Shown one piece after another: positions 48,665 through 58,821 of a stretch of 64,000 bases of DNA. The first letter of the stretch is position 1. Each line of letters starts with the position of its first letter. The notes below the pieces were generated by a model, which made no database searches, was not told where the DNA came from, and saw nothing but the letters and a program-made list of their open reading frames with translations. The position numbers and the translations under genes were made by a program. The stretch spans positions 32,001-96,000 of the forward strand of contig CAVZVA010000012.1 in NCBI GenBank assembly GCA_963778655.1, given 5' to 3'. Origin of the DNA: an uncultured delta proteobacterium. GTDB lineage: Bacteria > Myxococcota_A > Polyangia > Polyangiales > JAFGIB01.

Positions 48665-50110
48665 ATGCCGACGCAGTTGCGGTGCGGGCAAGCGCCTCGC
48701 GCTGGTGCGCGCGGACGGCTCTGCGCCCTCTGCGCGGCGCTCGCGCTGCACGCGACAGCTTGCACCCGCGGCCCGGCTCGGCCGTTGGGCCCGCCTGCCG
48801 CCTCGAGCCCCGCTGCCGGCATCGGCGCGAGCGCAGCCGGTGGCGTTGCCGCCGTTCAGTCGGTTGGCGGCGCCGGTGGCCCGACGCTGGCCGCGAGTGG
48901 CGGCGGCGCGCCAGCGGCCGCGCTCGACGCGGGGGCCGCCCGAGATGGCGGCGCGGCGGCGCTCGACGCTGGTCCCGCGCGCGGTCCGGCGCCGCCGCAG
49001 GCCGGCGTTCGCTTTCCGTTTCCGCAGAACCGCGAGTCGCCGCGCTGCGGCTATCCCGCCGGCTATCGCAACCAGGATCTGCAGGTCGCGTACGCGCGCT
49101 GGAAGCGGGACACCGTCACCGCCGACGGCGCGGGCGGACACTTGCGCGTCAAGCGTCCCAACGAGCCGGGGCTGGAGCCGGATTCGACCGTATCGGAGGG
49201 CATCGGCTACGGCATGTTGAACGCGGTCTACATGAACGACCAGACCCTGTTCGACGAGCTATGGAAGTACGAGCGCATGTGGCTCGACGACAACGGTTTG
49301 ATGGACTGGTACATCAACGCAGCGGGCACCGACCGGTTGGGCACCGGGGCCGCCACCGACGCCGACGAGGACATGGCCTTCGCGCTGGTGATGGCCGACC
49401 GCCAGTGGGGCGGCAGCGGTACGCTCGACCGTGGCTATCTCGACTACGCGCGCGATCAGGTGCAGCGCTTCTGGGATCACGAGATCTACGAGGGCAAGCT
49501 GGCGCGCGCGGGCGACCACTGGGGCGACTGGAACAACCTCAACATCTCCTACTTCGCGCCGGCGTATTACCGCGTGTTCGCGCAGCTGGACGGCAACCAG
49601 GCCGGCTGGGATGCGGTGATCAAGACCGTCTACGACACCATCGACAACGCGCTCAACGCGCACAACGGCAACCAAGACAATGGCCTGGTTCCGGCCTGGT
49701 GCAGCAGCGAAGGGGTGCCCGGCGATCCGGGCAACTATCAGTATGACTCGTGCCGCACGCCGTTTCGGATCGCGCTGGACTACTGCTGGTTCGGCGAGCC
49801 GCGCGCCCGCGACTACGTGGCGAAGACCACGGGCTTCTTCGCGGCGATCGGCGTCGACGCGATCGCCGACGGTTACGACCTCGATGGCACGCCGCACCCG
49901 GCCAACCCGGGCGGCAGGTCGGCGGCATTCGTGGGGCCGGCGGTGGTCGGTGCGATGGCGATCGATTCGCAGAGCGCGTTCGTCGATCGCGGCTACGCCG
50001 TGCTGATCGGCGATGACTTGCTCGCGGGCGGCCGCTACTACGAAGAATCGTGGCAGGTGCTGTCGCTGCTGATGCTCACCGGCAACTTCCTCGACTACAC
50101 CCAGTACTGA
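48665..50110 (+). CDS. Glycoside hydrolase family 8 lipoprotein
   Basis: TVSEGIGYGM, ATDADED.A.AL, N.SYFAPAYY, YD.CR.P.R, YY. Confidence 0.92.
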   Translation: MPTQLRCGQAPRAGARGRLCALCAALALHATACTRGPARPLGPPAASSPAAGIGASAAGGVAAVQSVGGAGGPTLAASGGGAPAAALDAGAARDGGAAALDAGPARGPAPPQAGVRFPFPQNRESPRCGYPAGYRNQDLQVAYARWKRDTVTADGAGGHLRVKRPNEPGLEPDSTVSEGIGYGMLNAVYMNDQTLFDELWKYERMWLDDNGLMDWYINAAGTDRLGTGAATDADEDMAFALVMADRQWGGSGTLDRGYLDYARDQVQRFWDHEIYEGKLARAGDHWGDWNNLNISYFAPAYYRVFAQLDGNQAGWDAVIKTVYDTIDNALNAHNGNQDNGLVPAWCSSEGVPGDPGNYQYDSCRTPFRIALDYCWFGEPRARDYVAKTTGFFAAIGVDAIADGYDLDGTPHPANPGGRSAAFVGPAVVGAMAIDSQSAFVDRGYAVLIGDDLLAGGRYYEESWQVLSLLMLTGNFLDYTQY

Positions 50111-50438
50111 GCGCCCGTCGTGCCGCAGGCCGTCGCCGGTACGCCGCGCCGGCGCGGCGACGGCCGTGAGCCGATTGGTCCCGCCGGCGGTACGTACTGC
50201 CAGACCGGGGCTGGGCATGGCAGGGCAGCGTCCACTTGCATCGACAGGCGGGTTGGCCGCGGCCTTGGCCGGAACTTGGGTTTCGCCCTCTTGCGGCGGA
50301 TGATCGCGCAGGACAGCGGTTTTCGGGGCGAGCCTGAAGCGGGCGCGAGCGGCGGGCCCAGCGCGCGCGGCCCCGCAGCCCGGGGGGGCGGCCGCCGCCC
50401 GCCCGCCTCTGGTACGCTGCGGCCCGGACGGTGGTCGC

Positions 50439-51155
50439 GTGCGCAGCCCGGGACGACGAAGCTGGACGCCCGCGGAGCGGGTGAGCACGGGCGCCCGCCT
50501 CGCGTGGCTCGCTTGCGCGCTGTGCGCAAGCGGCTGCGGCGGCTCGCAAGCCAGCACGCGCGCGAGCGACCAGGGCACGTACCGCCCGGGCGAGCTCGCG
50601 ATGCGCGATCCGCAGCGGCGCGGCGCGGGTGGCACCCATCTGGGTGAGCTGCAACCAGTCGCGGTACCTGCCCGGCCCGAGCCCGCCAAAGGGCCGCCCC
50701 AACGCGCGCGCGAGCAGGGGCCGCCGCCGATCCGGATCGCGACCGAGAAGGGCGCCAAGGCCGTTCCGCTCCAAGGCCGCGACCTGGTGCTGCCCGACGG
50801 CTTGATCATCCACGACGTGCGCAAAGGGGTGACGGCGCGCACCGTACAAGAGCAGGGGACCGGCGACAGCGTGCTCGAGTTGCTCGATGCCCGCGGCCGG
50901 AGGCTCGCGCTGCTCAAGCAGATCCGGCTCAGCCGGGTTGCGCTGCGTGGCGGCCCGCTGCTCGACGCGACGGCGGAGACGCATGAGCGGGGCCGGCGCC
51001 GCGACTGGGGCGCCGGAGGCGTGCGCGTCGTCATCGACCGCTTTCGACACGAGAGCCGCCTGTACACGCTGGAGCGCCGCGCCGACGGCACCGACTGGAT
51101 CTGGAGCGGGCTCGAGCTCTCGAGTCATCCCGCCAGCGCCGGCGCCGCGCGCTAG
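50439..51155 (+). CDS. Hypothetical lipoprotein
   Basis: Hydrophobic stretch ending ASGC, protein-like downstream; start uncertain. Confidence 0.5.
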   Translation: MRSPGRRSWTPAERVSTGARLAWLACALCASGCGGSQASTRASDQGTYRPGELAMRDPQRRGAGGTHLGELQPVAVPARPEPAKGPPQRAREQGPPPIRIATEKGAKAVPLQGRDLVLPDGLIIHDVRKGVTARTVQEQGTGDSVLELLDARGRRLALLKQIRLSRVALRGGPLLDATAETHERGRRRDWGAGGVRVVIDRFRHESRLYTLERRADGTDWIWSGLELSSHPASAGAAR

Positions 51156-51222
51156 ATCAGCGTTCGCAGAGCTCGCGATTCGGGACCGTGATCGGTCATT
51201 TGGCGGCGGAGCAGGGCGCAGC

Positions 51223-51906
51223 TCAGGCACCGATGCCGTAGAGCATGCGCAGGTGGGCCGCGAAGCCGGGAGCGTCGGCGCGCTGGTCGGCGCGAATCCG
51301 GCGCACGGCGGGTCGCTGCTCCATGCGCTCGAGGTAGGGCAGCAGGCCCGGCACCTCGGCCAGCGGGTCGCAGCCGAGCACGCGCTGGGTCACATTGCGC
51401 ACCACCGGAACGTGGATCACCGCGGCGATGTCGGCCGCGCTGAAGCGCTCGCCGCACACATACGCGTCGAAGCGTGCGAGGTGCGCGAGCCCGCGTGCGC
51501 CCTTCTCCACGGTCGTGCGCACGTCGTTCGCGATGTTGTTCGGCGCGGGCTTGCCGCGAAAGTAGTTGGGCAGCACGCGGCGCGCGGGCAGCTCGAGATA
51601 GAGATTGATCAGCTGCGTGAGCTCGAGCAGCTTGGCGGTGGCGAACGCGCTCCCGGGGTACAGCGGCGGGTCGGGAATGCGGCGCTCGAGGTAGTCGATG
51701 ATGCAGCGCGACTCGCTCAGAAAGCCCTCTTCGGTCTGTAGGCAGGGCACCTTGCCCAGCGGGCTCTGGTCCAGATAGTCGCCGCGATAGCGCTCGCCGG
51801 CGCCCGTGTACACCAGCGCCTCCTCGAACGGCGCGCCCTTCTCGAGCAGCGCCAGCTTCACGATGTTGTAATAGTTGCTCGACGAAAATCCGTGCAGCTT
51901 CAGCAT
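51223..51906 (-). CDS. Glutathione S-transferase family protein
   Basis: SNYYNIVKLALLEKG, SPLGKVP, LSES, FSAADI. Confidence 0.93.
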   Translation of the reverse strand: MLKLHGFSSSNYYNIVKLALLEKGAPFEEALVYTGAGERYRGDYLDQSPLGKVPCLQTEEGFLSESRCIIDYLERRIPDPPLYPGSAFATAKLLELTQLINLYLELPARRVLPNYFRGKPAPNNIANDVRTTVEKGARGLAHLARFDAYVCGERFSAADIAAVIHVPVVRNVTQRVLGCDPLAEVPGLLPYLERMEQRPAVRRIRADQRADAPGFAAHLRMLYGIGA

Positions 51907-52085
51907 CGACGCGCCTCCCGCGGCCGGCCCGGCCGCCGCGCCACGCTAGCTCGAATGGCGCGCCCGAGGCCAGCGGGAATCAGAGCACGCGGGGCGCCAC
52001 GACGCGGGCAGCCACAGCCGCGGGGACCGCGCAGGCCCGGTGCGGCCCCTTGGCGGCCAGGCGCTGGGGCTGTTAGCGTGCAGCG

Positions 52086-54149
52086 ATGCGAGCGATCTGG
52101 AGCGCGAGGCTGTCCCCGTGCTGCGCCGCGGTGGCGGCGCTGCTGATGTGCGGCTGTGGCGGCCAGGACAACGAGCTCAAGGACGCCGGCTTGGCCGGCG
52201 CCGGCGGCGCCGACGCGGGCGGCCCAGGGTCGGCCTGCAGCTTGCACTGCGCGCCCGAGGAGTCGCTCGATGCCGACGCCTGCGCGTGCACGAGCGACGG
52301 CGTACGCATGCGGCTTTCTTCGCTGAAAGACGGCTTCTACGCGCAGCCCTGGCCGCTGGCCACCCGGCTGCGCGACGACGGCACGCTCGACCTCGACGAC
52401 TTTCCCACGGCCTCGAATGCATCGTTCGTGAACGACAACCTCGACACGATCGCCAGCCATACCCACGGCTTCTCCACCAACGGCGCGATCTTCACCAGCT
52501 TCGACGGCGCGCTCGACGCCGATTCGCTGCCTACGGTCGAGGGCTCGCTGGAGCAGGACGCGAGCGCCTATCTGGTGGAGGTGGAGCCCGACTCGGCCAC
52601 GCGCGGCGAGCGCACGCCGCTCGCATGCAGCTATCGCGACGGCAAGAGCGATTACAACCCTCCGCACTTCTTGGCCTGCATGCCGTTCGCAGGCTTTCCG
52701 CTGCGCCCCGATACCACATACGCGCTCGTGCTCACCGACGGGCTATTGGACGCGAAGGGCGTTCCGGTGCGCGCGAGCCAGCGCCTGCGCGATGTCCTTC
52801 GGGGTCGCGACGACGGTGACGATGCGCTTGCGGCCGATTTGATCGACGCCTATGCACCGCTCGCGGATTACCTTCTCGGCGAGGGTGACGATCTCGAGCG
52901 TGTGGTCGGCGCAACCGTGTTCCGTACCCAGGACCCGACCAAGCAGCTCCGCGCGCTCGCGGACGACGTGCACGCGCAGCCCGCCCCGACCTACACCAAC
53001 TTGGCGCTCTACACGGGAACGCTGCCCAGCGAGTCCGGCAACTACGTCGCGCTCGACGGTACCTACGACACGCCCATCTACCAGCAAGGAGAGACGCCCT
53101 ACGCGCTCAGCGGCGGTGACATTCGCTTCTCCGCGGACGGCACACCGGTGCGCGCGAGCACGCTCTCGCTGCGCTTTGCGCTCACCGTGCCCGACGGGCC
53201 GATGCCGAGCGACGGCTATCCGGTGGTGCTCTACCACCACGGTACCGGCGGGGACGCCTACAGCTTCATCGACGACGGCACGGCCTACCATTTCGCGGAC
53301 GCCGGTGTCGCGGCGATCGGCATCGACGCGCCGGTTCACGGCACGCGCAAGCCCGACGGCGTCGACCCGCAGTTGCTGTTCTTCAACATCAACAACGTGC
53401 TCGCGCTACGCGACAACGTGCGCCAGGGTGCGGTGGACCTCCTGGTGCTCGAGCGCTTCGTGCAGGCGTTTCACGTAAGCGCCGCCGACTCGCCGACCGG
53501 ACAGGCGATCGCGTTCGACCCCAATCGCATCTTCGCCATGGGGCACTCGCAGGGTGGGCTGACGGTGCCGCTGATGCTCCCGTTTTCCGAGCGCGTGAAG
53601 GGCGCGATGCTCTCGGGCGCGGGCGCCTCGATCACGGCGAGCATTCTGTACAAGACCACGCCCTTGAACATCCCGGCGCTCGCGCGCGGCATTCTCGGCC
53701 TCGGTCCGAGCGACACACTCGACGCGTACCATCCGGTGTTGTCGTTGGTGCAGGCCTTCTCCGACGTCGCCGACAGCAGCAACTACGTGCCCTATCTGTA
53801 TCGCTGGCCAGGTGGGCGCGGGCTAGACGTGTGGGCCACCCAGGGCTTGCTCGACACCGAGGCGCCGCCGCCGGTCACCGACGCGCTGGTGACGGCGATG
53901 GCCCTCGACCCGGTGGATCCCCAGCCGCGGCCGGTGCAGGGGCTGGGGTTGCGCCACGCTCAGACGCGCAGCGCGCCCGTGCGCGGCAACGTGAAGGGGG
54001 TGGACGGCCAGCGCTACACCGCCGTGTACACGCAGTACCCCGACGACGATCACTTCTTGATCATGGAAGACCCGGTTGCGGAGGAGCAGCTGACGCACTG
54101 GTTTCAGACCCTGGCTGCGGACGGCCAAGCCGAGCTGATCGTCCCCTGA
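52086..54149 (+). CDS. Lipoprotein lipase-like alpha/beta-hydrolase with an N-terminal Ig-like region
   Basis: GFSTNG, VLYHHGTGG, HG.R, RDNVRQ, GHSQG nucleophile, GLLD, DHF. Confidence 0.82.
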   Translation: MRAIWSARLSPCCAAVAALLMCGCGGQDNELKDAGLAGAGGADAGGPGSACSLHCAPEESLDADACACTSDGVRMRLSSLKDGFYAQPWPLATRLRDDGTLDLDDFPTASNASFVNDNLDTIASHTHGFSTNGAIFTSFDGALDADSLPTVEGSLEQDASAYLVEVEPDSATRGERTPLACSYRDGKSDYNPPHFLACMPFAGFPLRPDTTYALVLTDGLLDAKGVPVRASQRLRDVLRGRDDGDDALAADLIDAYAPLADYLLGEGDDLERVVGATVFRTQDPTKQLRALADDVHAQPAPTYTNLALYTGTLPSESGNYVALDGTYDTPIYQQGETPYALSGGDIRFSADGTPVRASTLSLRFALTVPDGPMPSDGYPVVLYHHGTGGDAYSFIDDGTAYHFADAGVAAIGIDAPVHGTRKPDGVDPQLLFFNINNVLALRDNVRQGAVDLLVLERFVQAFHVSAADSPTGQAIAFDPNRIFAMGHSQGGLTVPLMLPFSERVKGAMLSGAGASITASILYKTTPLNIPALARGILGLGPSDTLDAYHPVLSLVQAFSDVADSSNYVPYLYRWPGGRGLDVWATQGLLDTEAPPPVTDALVTAMALDPVDPQPRPVQGLGLRHAQTRSAPVRGNVKGVDGQRYTAVYTQYPDDDHFLIMEDPVAEEQLTHWFQTLAADGQAELIVP

Positions 54150-54549
54150 GCGAAGGCTTTGCTCGCGCGCGGCGCGACGGGCCGGGCGGTGCGTGCGCCC
54201 TCGCGCGAGACCCCTGGGTGAAGTCTGACACGGCGCCGGAGCGTGCCGCGGACACGGCGCAGGGCGTCCTTTCATGCGGGCGACAGCAGGGGTCGCACGC
54301 GGCCAGCGCACATGGGGCCGGCGGTCGCGCCGCTGGCGCCCCCGCCGTCCAGGGTCTGGGACGTGCGAGCCGGCGCGGGGAAGTTATTGGCGAGATCCCT
54401 ACAAGATTGGGCATTTTGTTGACTTGGTTGGTCGGGGACGCAAGGCGCGGCGCGATGTGCGAGGGTCTGTTCACGGCAATCCGGGCGGGTCCCCCAACGG
54501 ACACGGCCGGATGCTCCAGAGTGTCGGGGAGCTGGGTGGCTGAGGTCCT

Positions 54550-56130
54550 ATGCAGCGAAGGGTCGTTTGGTTTGCCATCGTCTCGGTAGTGATTGGAGCC
54601 GCGTGCAGCTCGTCGCCGAGCAGCGGCTCGATGGCGGGTACCGGCGGGACGACGGTCGGCGGGCCGCCGATCGGTAGCGCAGGGCTGGGAGGGCTCGCGC
54701 CTGCAAGCGGCGGTGGCGCGCAGCAGCAGCCAGGCGTCGGCGCCGGCGGCACGAACGGCGCCACCGGCGGCAACGGTGGCGGCAACGTGGGCACCGCGAC
54801 TGGCGGAGCTGGCGCGCCCAACATGGCCGGCGCCGGTGAGTCCGGCAGCGGCGCGCCCGCGGGTCCGGATAGCGACGCCGCGGACTGGCGCATGATGGGC
54901 TACGACCTCGGGTCCACTTATTTCAACAGCGCCGAGACCATGCTGAGCAAGCAAACCGCGCCCCAGCTCGGCCCTGCATGGACCAAGGACCTCGGTGGAG
55001 CCGTCTACGGCGCGGCCCTGCTCATCGGCGACAAGGTCTACGCCTCCGGAATCGGCGGCGTCTACGCGTTGGATGTGGCCACGGGCGATCAGCTCTGGCA
55101 GGTCTCGCTGCCCGCCAGCTCGTCGTTGTCCTACGTCGACGGCACGCTCTACATCAACTCGCAGGCCGGCCAAGTGGTCGCGCTCAACGCTGCGGACGGC
55201 AAGCAACTCTGGTCGAAGACACCCGACCCCGAAGGTGCAGATGGCTCGTCCTCGGTGATCCCTGCCGGAGACCTGCTGCTGGTGGGCGGTTCCAGCGGCT
55301 TGGCGGAGCTGACGGGCGGAGGAACCTACAGGGGCTATCTGGCGGCGCTGCAGCGCGCGACCGGCGAGAAGGCGTGGACCACGTTCACGGTGCCCGCCAG
55401 TGCCAGGGGAGCTTCGATCTGGTCGAGTCCCTCGGTGGACCTGCAGGCCGGCCTCGCATTCGCGGGAACGGGCAACAACTACGGCGTGCCAGCCACCGAC
55501 ACCTCGGACTCGATCATCGCGTTCGACCTCGCGGGCGGCAACGTCATGTGGAAGAACCAGCGCATAATGAACGACACCTTCGGCGCTGGCACGGGTCCCG
55601 ACTCGGACTTCGGCGCCAACCCGGTGCTGTACGAGACCATGGTCGGCGGCGTGATGACCAAGCTGGTCGCGGACGGCGCCAAGGGGGGCACCGTTCATTC
55701 CTTGCGCCGTGACGACGGCTCGGTGAACTGGAACCGCACGCTGTGCTCCGGCGCCGCGGACGGCAGCAGCGGCATCTTCACCAACTTCACCTGGACCGGT
55801 AAGAATCTGCTGGTCGCGTGCAACGGGGGTGGCCCCGCGACGCTCTACGCGCTCGATGGCGCCACCGGCGACATCGTCTGGATGCGCGCGCTGCAAGGAC
55901 AGGTCTGGGGACGCACGGCCGTCGCCAACGGCGTGGGTTTCGTGGGCACCGGCTCCACCCTGGAGATGTTCGACGTGGACACCGGGAAGGTCATCAACAG
56001 CTTCCCTTCCAAAGGCGGCACGATCGCGAGCACCATCACGATCGCGCACGGTCGGGTCGCGTTTGGCGAAGGTCTGTCGTGGTCCTCGGGAAAGGCCGGC
56101 ACGACGCTGACCATGCTTGCGATCCAGTGA
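54550..56130 (+). CDS. PQQ-binding-like beta-propeller lipoprotein (polyvinyl-alcohol dehydrogenase-like)
   Basis: W.M.GYD, repeated ALD..TG..W docking motifs, GASIWSSP, GTGNNY, GPDSDFGA.P, GAKGG. Confidence 0.82.
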   Translation: MQRRVVWFAIVSVVIGAACSSSPSSGSMAGTGGTTVGGPPIGSAGLGGLAPASGGGAQQQPGVGAGGTNGATGGNGGGNVGTATGGAGAPNMAGAGESGSGAPAGPDSDAADWRMMGYDLGSTYFNSAETMLSKQTAPQLGPAWTKDLGGAVYGAALLIGDKVYASGIGGVYALDVATGDQLWQVSLPASSSLSYVDGTLYINSQAGQVVALNAADGKQLWSKTPDPEGADGSSSVIPAGDLLLVGGSSGLAELTGGGTYRGYLAALQRATGEKAWTTFTVPASARGASIWSSPSVDLQAGLAFAGTGNNYGVPATDTSDSIIAFDLAGGNVMWKNQRIMNDTFGAGTGPDSDFGANPVLYETMVGGVMTKLVADGAKGGTVHSLRRDDGSVNWNRTLCSGAADGSSGIFTNFTWTGKNLLVACNGGGPATLYALDGATGDIVWMRALQGQVWGRTAVANGVGFVGTGSTLEMFDVDTGKVINSFPSKGGTIASTITIAHGRVAFGEGLSWSSGKAGTTLTMLAIQ

Positions 56131-56851
56131 TCGCGCTTGTGCGCTCTGGTTTCGCGCCCACCTAACTCATCGGTCGAGCTCAGTGCGGTCGTTCGTTCGA
56201 AACATCGGGTCCTGCGTGCTGCTGCAGGTTGCGCTGATCGCTTGCCGCTCCTCATCGGGGCCCGCGGCCACCCCGGTCGCGAACGCGCGGCCGAGTGCTC
56301 CCGCGCCGGCCACGGCCCGGGCGGGGCAGCCGCCGACATATGCATTTTCCGCTCCGCAGCCCTGGCGCTCCCGGCGGCAGGGCGTGCCCCCGGTCGAGCC
56401 GCCCGATCTCGCGCAGGAGACCTGGCGCGTGCTGGTGAGTCAAACCCGGCCGATTCAAGCGAAGACGCCGCACTGGCAAGCGTTGCCCGCAAGCGCAACG
56501 GTGCAGCTGGAAATGCCGGCCGACAGCGTCTATCGCTGCATCGTACCGCCGCTGCAGGTGACCGCCGAGACCAACACCCTGCGCACCCAGCTGAAGGCGT
56601 GGACGCTGGCGCGCAGCTTTCGCTGCTCCGACGACGGCTGGCGCAGTTGGACCGAGGCGATTCACCGCGTGCGCAAGCTGGCCGATGGCTCGCGCCAGGA
56701 CGATCCGGATACGGGGATCCTGCTGCGCGAAAGGGGCGAGGATGGCGCTGTCCGCGAAGCGTTCGTTCTGCTGCGCGCGGACAAGGAGCGCACACAGGCG
56801 ACGACCGGGCCCCCGCGGATCCTGGCGAACGCCCTGGCGGAGGAAGAGTGA
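56117..56851 (+). CDS. Hypothetical lipoprotein
   Basis: LIAC lipobox, Pro/Ala linker; start uncertain. Confidence 0.5.
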   Translation: MRSSDRACALWFRAHLTHRSSSVRSFVRNIGSCVLLQVALIACRSSSGPAATPVANARPSAPAPATARAGQPPTYAFSAPQPWRSRRQGVPPVEPPDLAQETWRVLVSQTRPIQAKTPHWQALPASATVQLEMPADSVYRCIVPPLQVTAETNTLRTQLKAWTLARSFRCSDDGWRSWTEAIHRVRKLADGSRQDDPDTGILLRERGEDGAVREAFVLLRADKERTQATTGPPRILANALAEEE

Positions 56852-57001
56852 TGCACAGCTGCCGCGGTGAATCGCCCGGGCGGCAACGCGGTGCTCGAGC
56901 CAGCCGTGGTCGTCGAAGCGCCGGTCGCGCAGAGCGGCAAGCCCCATCGACGACGAGCGGCCGGACATGAACGACATGGTGAGCTTGCCGAGGTTGCAAT
57001 C

Positions 57002-57619
57002 ATGAACAAGCAAATCTTCAAAGTGCTCGTGCTCTGTGTTGCCGCGTGTGGTTGCAAGCAGAGCGGGAGCTCCGCGAACGTCGTGACCCCTGGCGCCGGG
57101 GGCACCACCGCCGTCGGGACCGGGGGTGTCGCCGTCGTCGGTACCGGCGGCGCCGTCGGCATGAACGCCGCGGGCACTGGGGGGCAAGGCGCTGCGGGCA
57201 TCGGCCTGCCTGGAACGGGCGGGACGAGCGTGGTCGGTCCCGTGGACGCGGGCGTCGATCCGAACAGCTTCAGCGCCGTCTACAAGGACATCATCGTCGG
57301 CGTCGGCTGTAACGGCGGCGCGCTCTGCCATGGCGGCATGGTGGGCAACCTCACCATGACCACCAAGGACCAAGCATACGCCGCGCTGGTCGGGGTCCCG
57401 GCGATGGGGATGAACCTGGTGACGACGATGAACAAGACCATGGACTGCAAGGACAGCGGTCTGACGCGCGTGGTTCCCTTCATGCCGGAGGCGAGCCTGC
57501 TCATGCTGAAGGTGGAGCGGATGCCGCCCTGCGGCGACCCGATGCCCGTGACCCCGCTGGCGCCCGAAAAGGTGGAGCAGATTCGGGCTTGGATCACCAG
57601 CGGCGCCTTGAACAACTGA
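57002..57619 (+). CDS. Lipoprotein with a cytochrome c-like domain (atypical CX5CH)
   Basis: AACGC signal, GCNGGALCHGG, VVP..PEASLL..K, PMP, I.AWI..GA. Confidence 0.7.
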   Translation: MNKQIFKVLVLCVAACGCKQSGSSANVVTPGAGGTTAVGTGGVAVVGTGGAVGMNAAGTGGQGAAGIGLPGTGGTSVVGPVDAGVDPNSFSAVYKDIIVGVGCNGGALCHGGMVGNLTMTTKDQAYAALVGVPAMGMNLVTTMNKTMDCKDSGLTRVVPFMPEASLLMLKVERMPPCGDPMPVTPLAPEKVEQIRAWITSGALNN

Positions 57620-57671
57620 GGCCGGCGCCCGAGCTCTTGCTGCCGGTTGCGGCTCTCGCCATAGTCAGCGC

Positions 57672-58673
57672 GTGCGCAAGACGCCGGAGCCGACTTATGC
57701 GCTGCAGATGGTCAGACCGTTCTGGGCGCTGCTGCGGCGCTACCCGCAGTTCCCGAGCGCCGTGCTCGATCAGGCCGAGGCCGTGCAGGACGATGTGCGC
57801 GTGCCGGTCGCGGCGGGGCAACGGTTCCTGGAAAAGGCGGTCGAGCTGACCGGGGAGCAGAACCTGGGCCTGCTCGCGGCGCGCGCGACCCGGCTCGGGA
57901 CGTTGGACGTGCTCGAGTACGTCGCGGCGTCGGCGCCAACCTGGCGTGCCGCGGTCGAGACCGCGTTTCGCTACAGCCATCTGATGAACGAGGCGGCCGA
58001 CTTCCGCGTCGACGTCGCCGGCGACAAGGCGCATCTGGTGCTGCACAGCACGGTACCGCTGACCCGGGTGGGCGTCGACTTCCAGAGCGCGGCCTTTCAC
58101 GTGGCCGCAACGCGCTGGATCGATCCGACGCCGCCCGAGCTCGAGGTGTGGTTCACGCATGCGCAGCCGCGCGACCTGAGCGAGTACAGGGCGACCTTCG
58201 GCGGCGCGAAGCTGCGCTTCGATGCGCCCTGGAACGGCCTCGTCTACGATGCGAGCCGGCTCGACACCAAGCTCGCGAGCGCGGACCCCTCGCTGCACCG
58301 GGTGCTGCGCGAGCACGCCGAGCGCTTGTTGGCCAAGCTCGGGACGGGCGACAGCCTGGCGCAGCGGGTCCGGGCACAGGTGCTCTCGACCTTGAAGGAA
58401 GGGCCGATCAGCGCCGAGGACGTGGCGCTGAAGATGGGCGTGACGCGTCGCACGCTGACGCGGCGGCTGCGCCAGCAGGGCACGAGCTTCACCGAGCTGC
58501 TCGAGGACGTGCGCCACAAGGTCGCCATCCACTATCTGAACACCAGCGATCACACCGTCGAGGACATCGCCTTCCTGCTGGGCTTCTCGGAGTCGTCCGC
58601 GTTCGTGCGGGCGTTCAAGCGCTGGCAAGGCGTGGCACCGATGGCCTATCGCCGCAGCCAGCGAGCGCGTTGA
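57672..58673 (+). CDS. AraC family transcriptional regulator
   Basis: RRTLTRRL and IAFLLGFSESSAFVRAFKRW HTH. Confidence 0.93.
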   Translation: MRKTPEPTYALQMVRPFWALLRRYPQFPSAVLDQAEAVQDDVRVPVAAGQRFLEKAVELTGEQNLGLLAARATRLGTLDVLEYVAASAPTWRAAVETAFRYSHLMNEAADFRVDVAGDKAHLVLHSTVPLTRVGVDFQSAAFHVAATRWIDPTPPELEVWFTHAQPRDLSEYRATFGGAKLRFDAPWNGLVYDASRLDTKLASADPSLHRVLREHAERLLAKLGTGDSLAQRVRAQVLSTLKEGPISAEDVALKMGVTRRTLTRRLRQQGTSFTELLEDVRHKVAIHYLNTSDHTVEDIAFLLGFSESSAFVRAFKRWQGVAPMAYRRSQRAR

Positions 58674-58821
58674 GCCCGCAGCCTGCCGCGCTCGGGCCGG
58701 CGCGTCCTCCCTGGTCAATTGGATTTCCTCACGCGTCACTGCCCCTGTAGGCAGCGTGTGCAACCTTCGTCCATGACCCGGGAGGAGCTGCCATGGGTGG
58801 GCAGCCGCGATCTTCGGGCCG

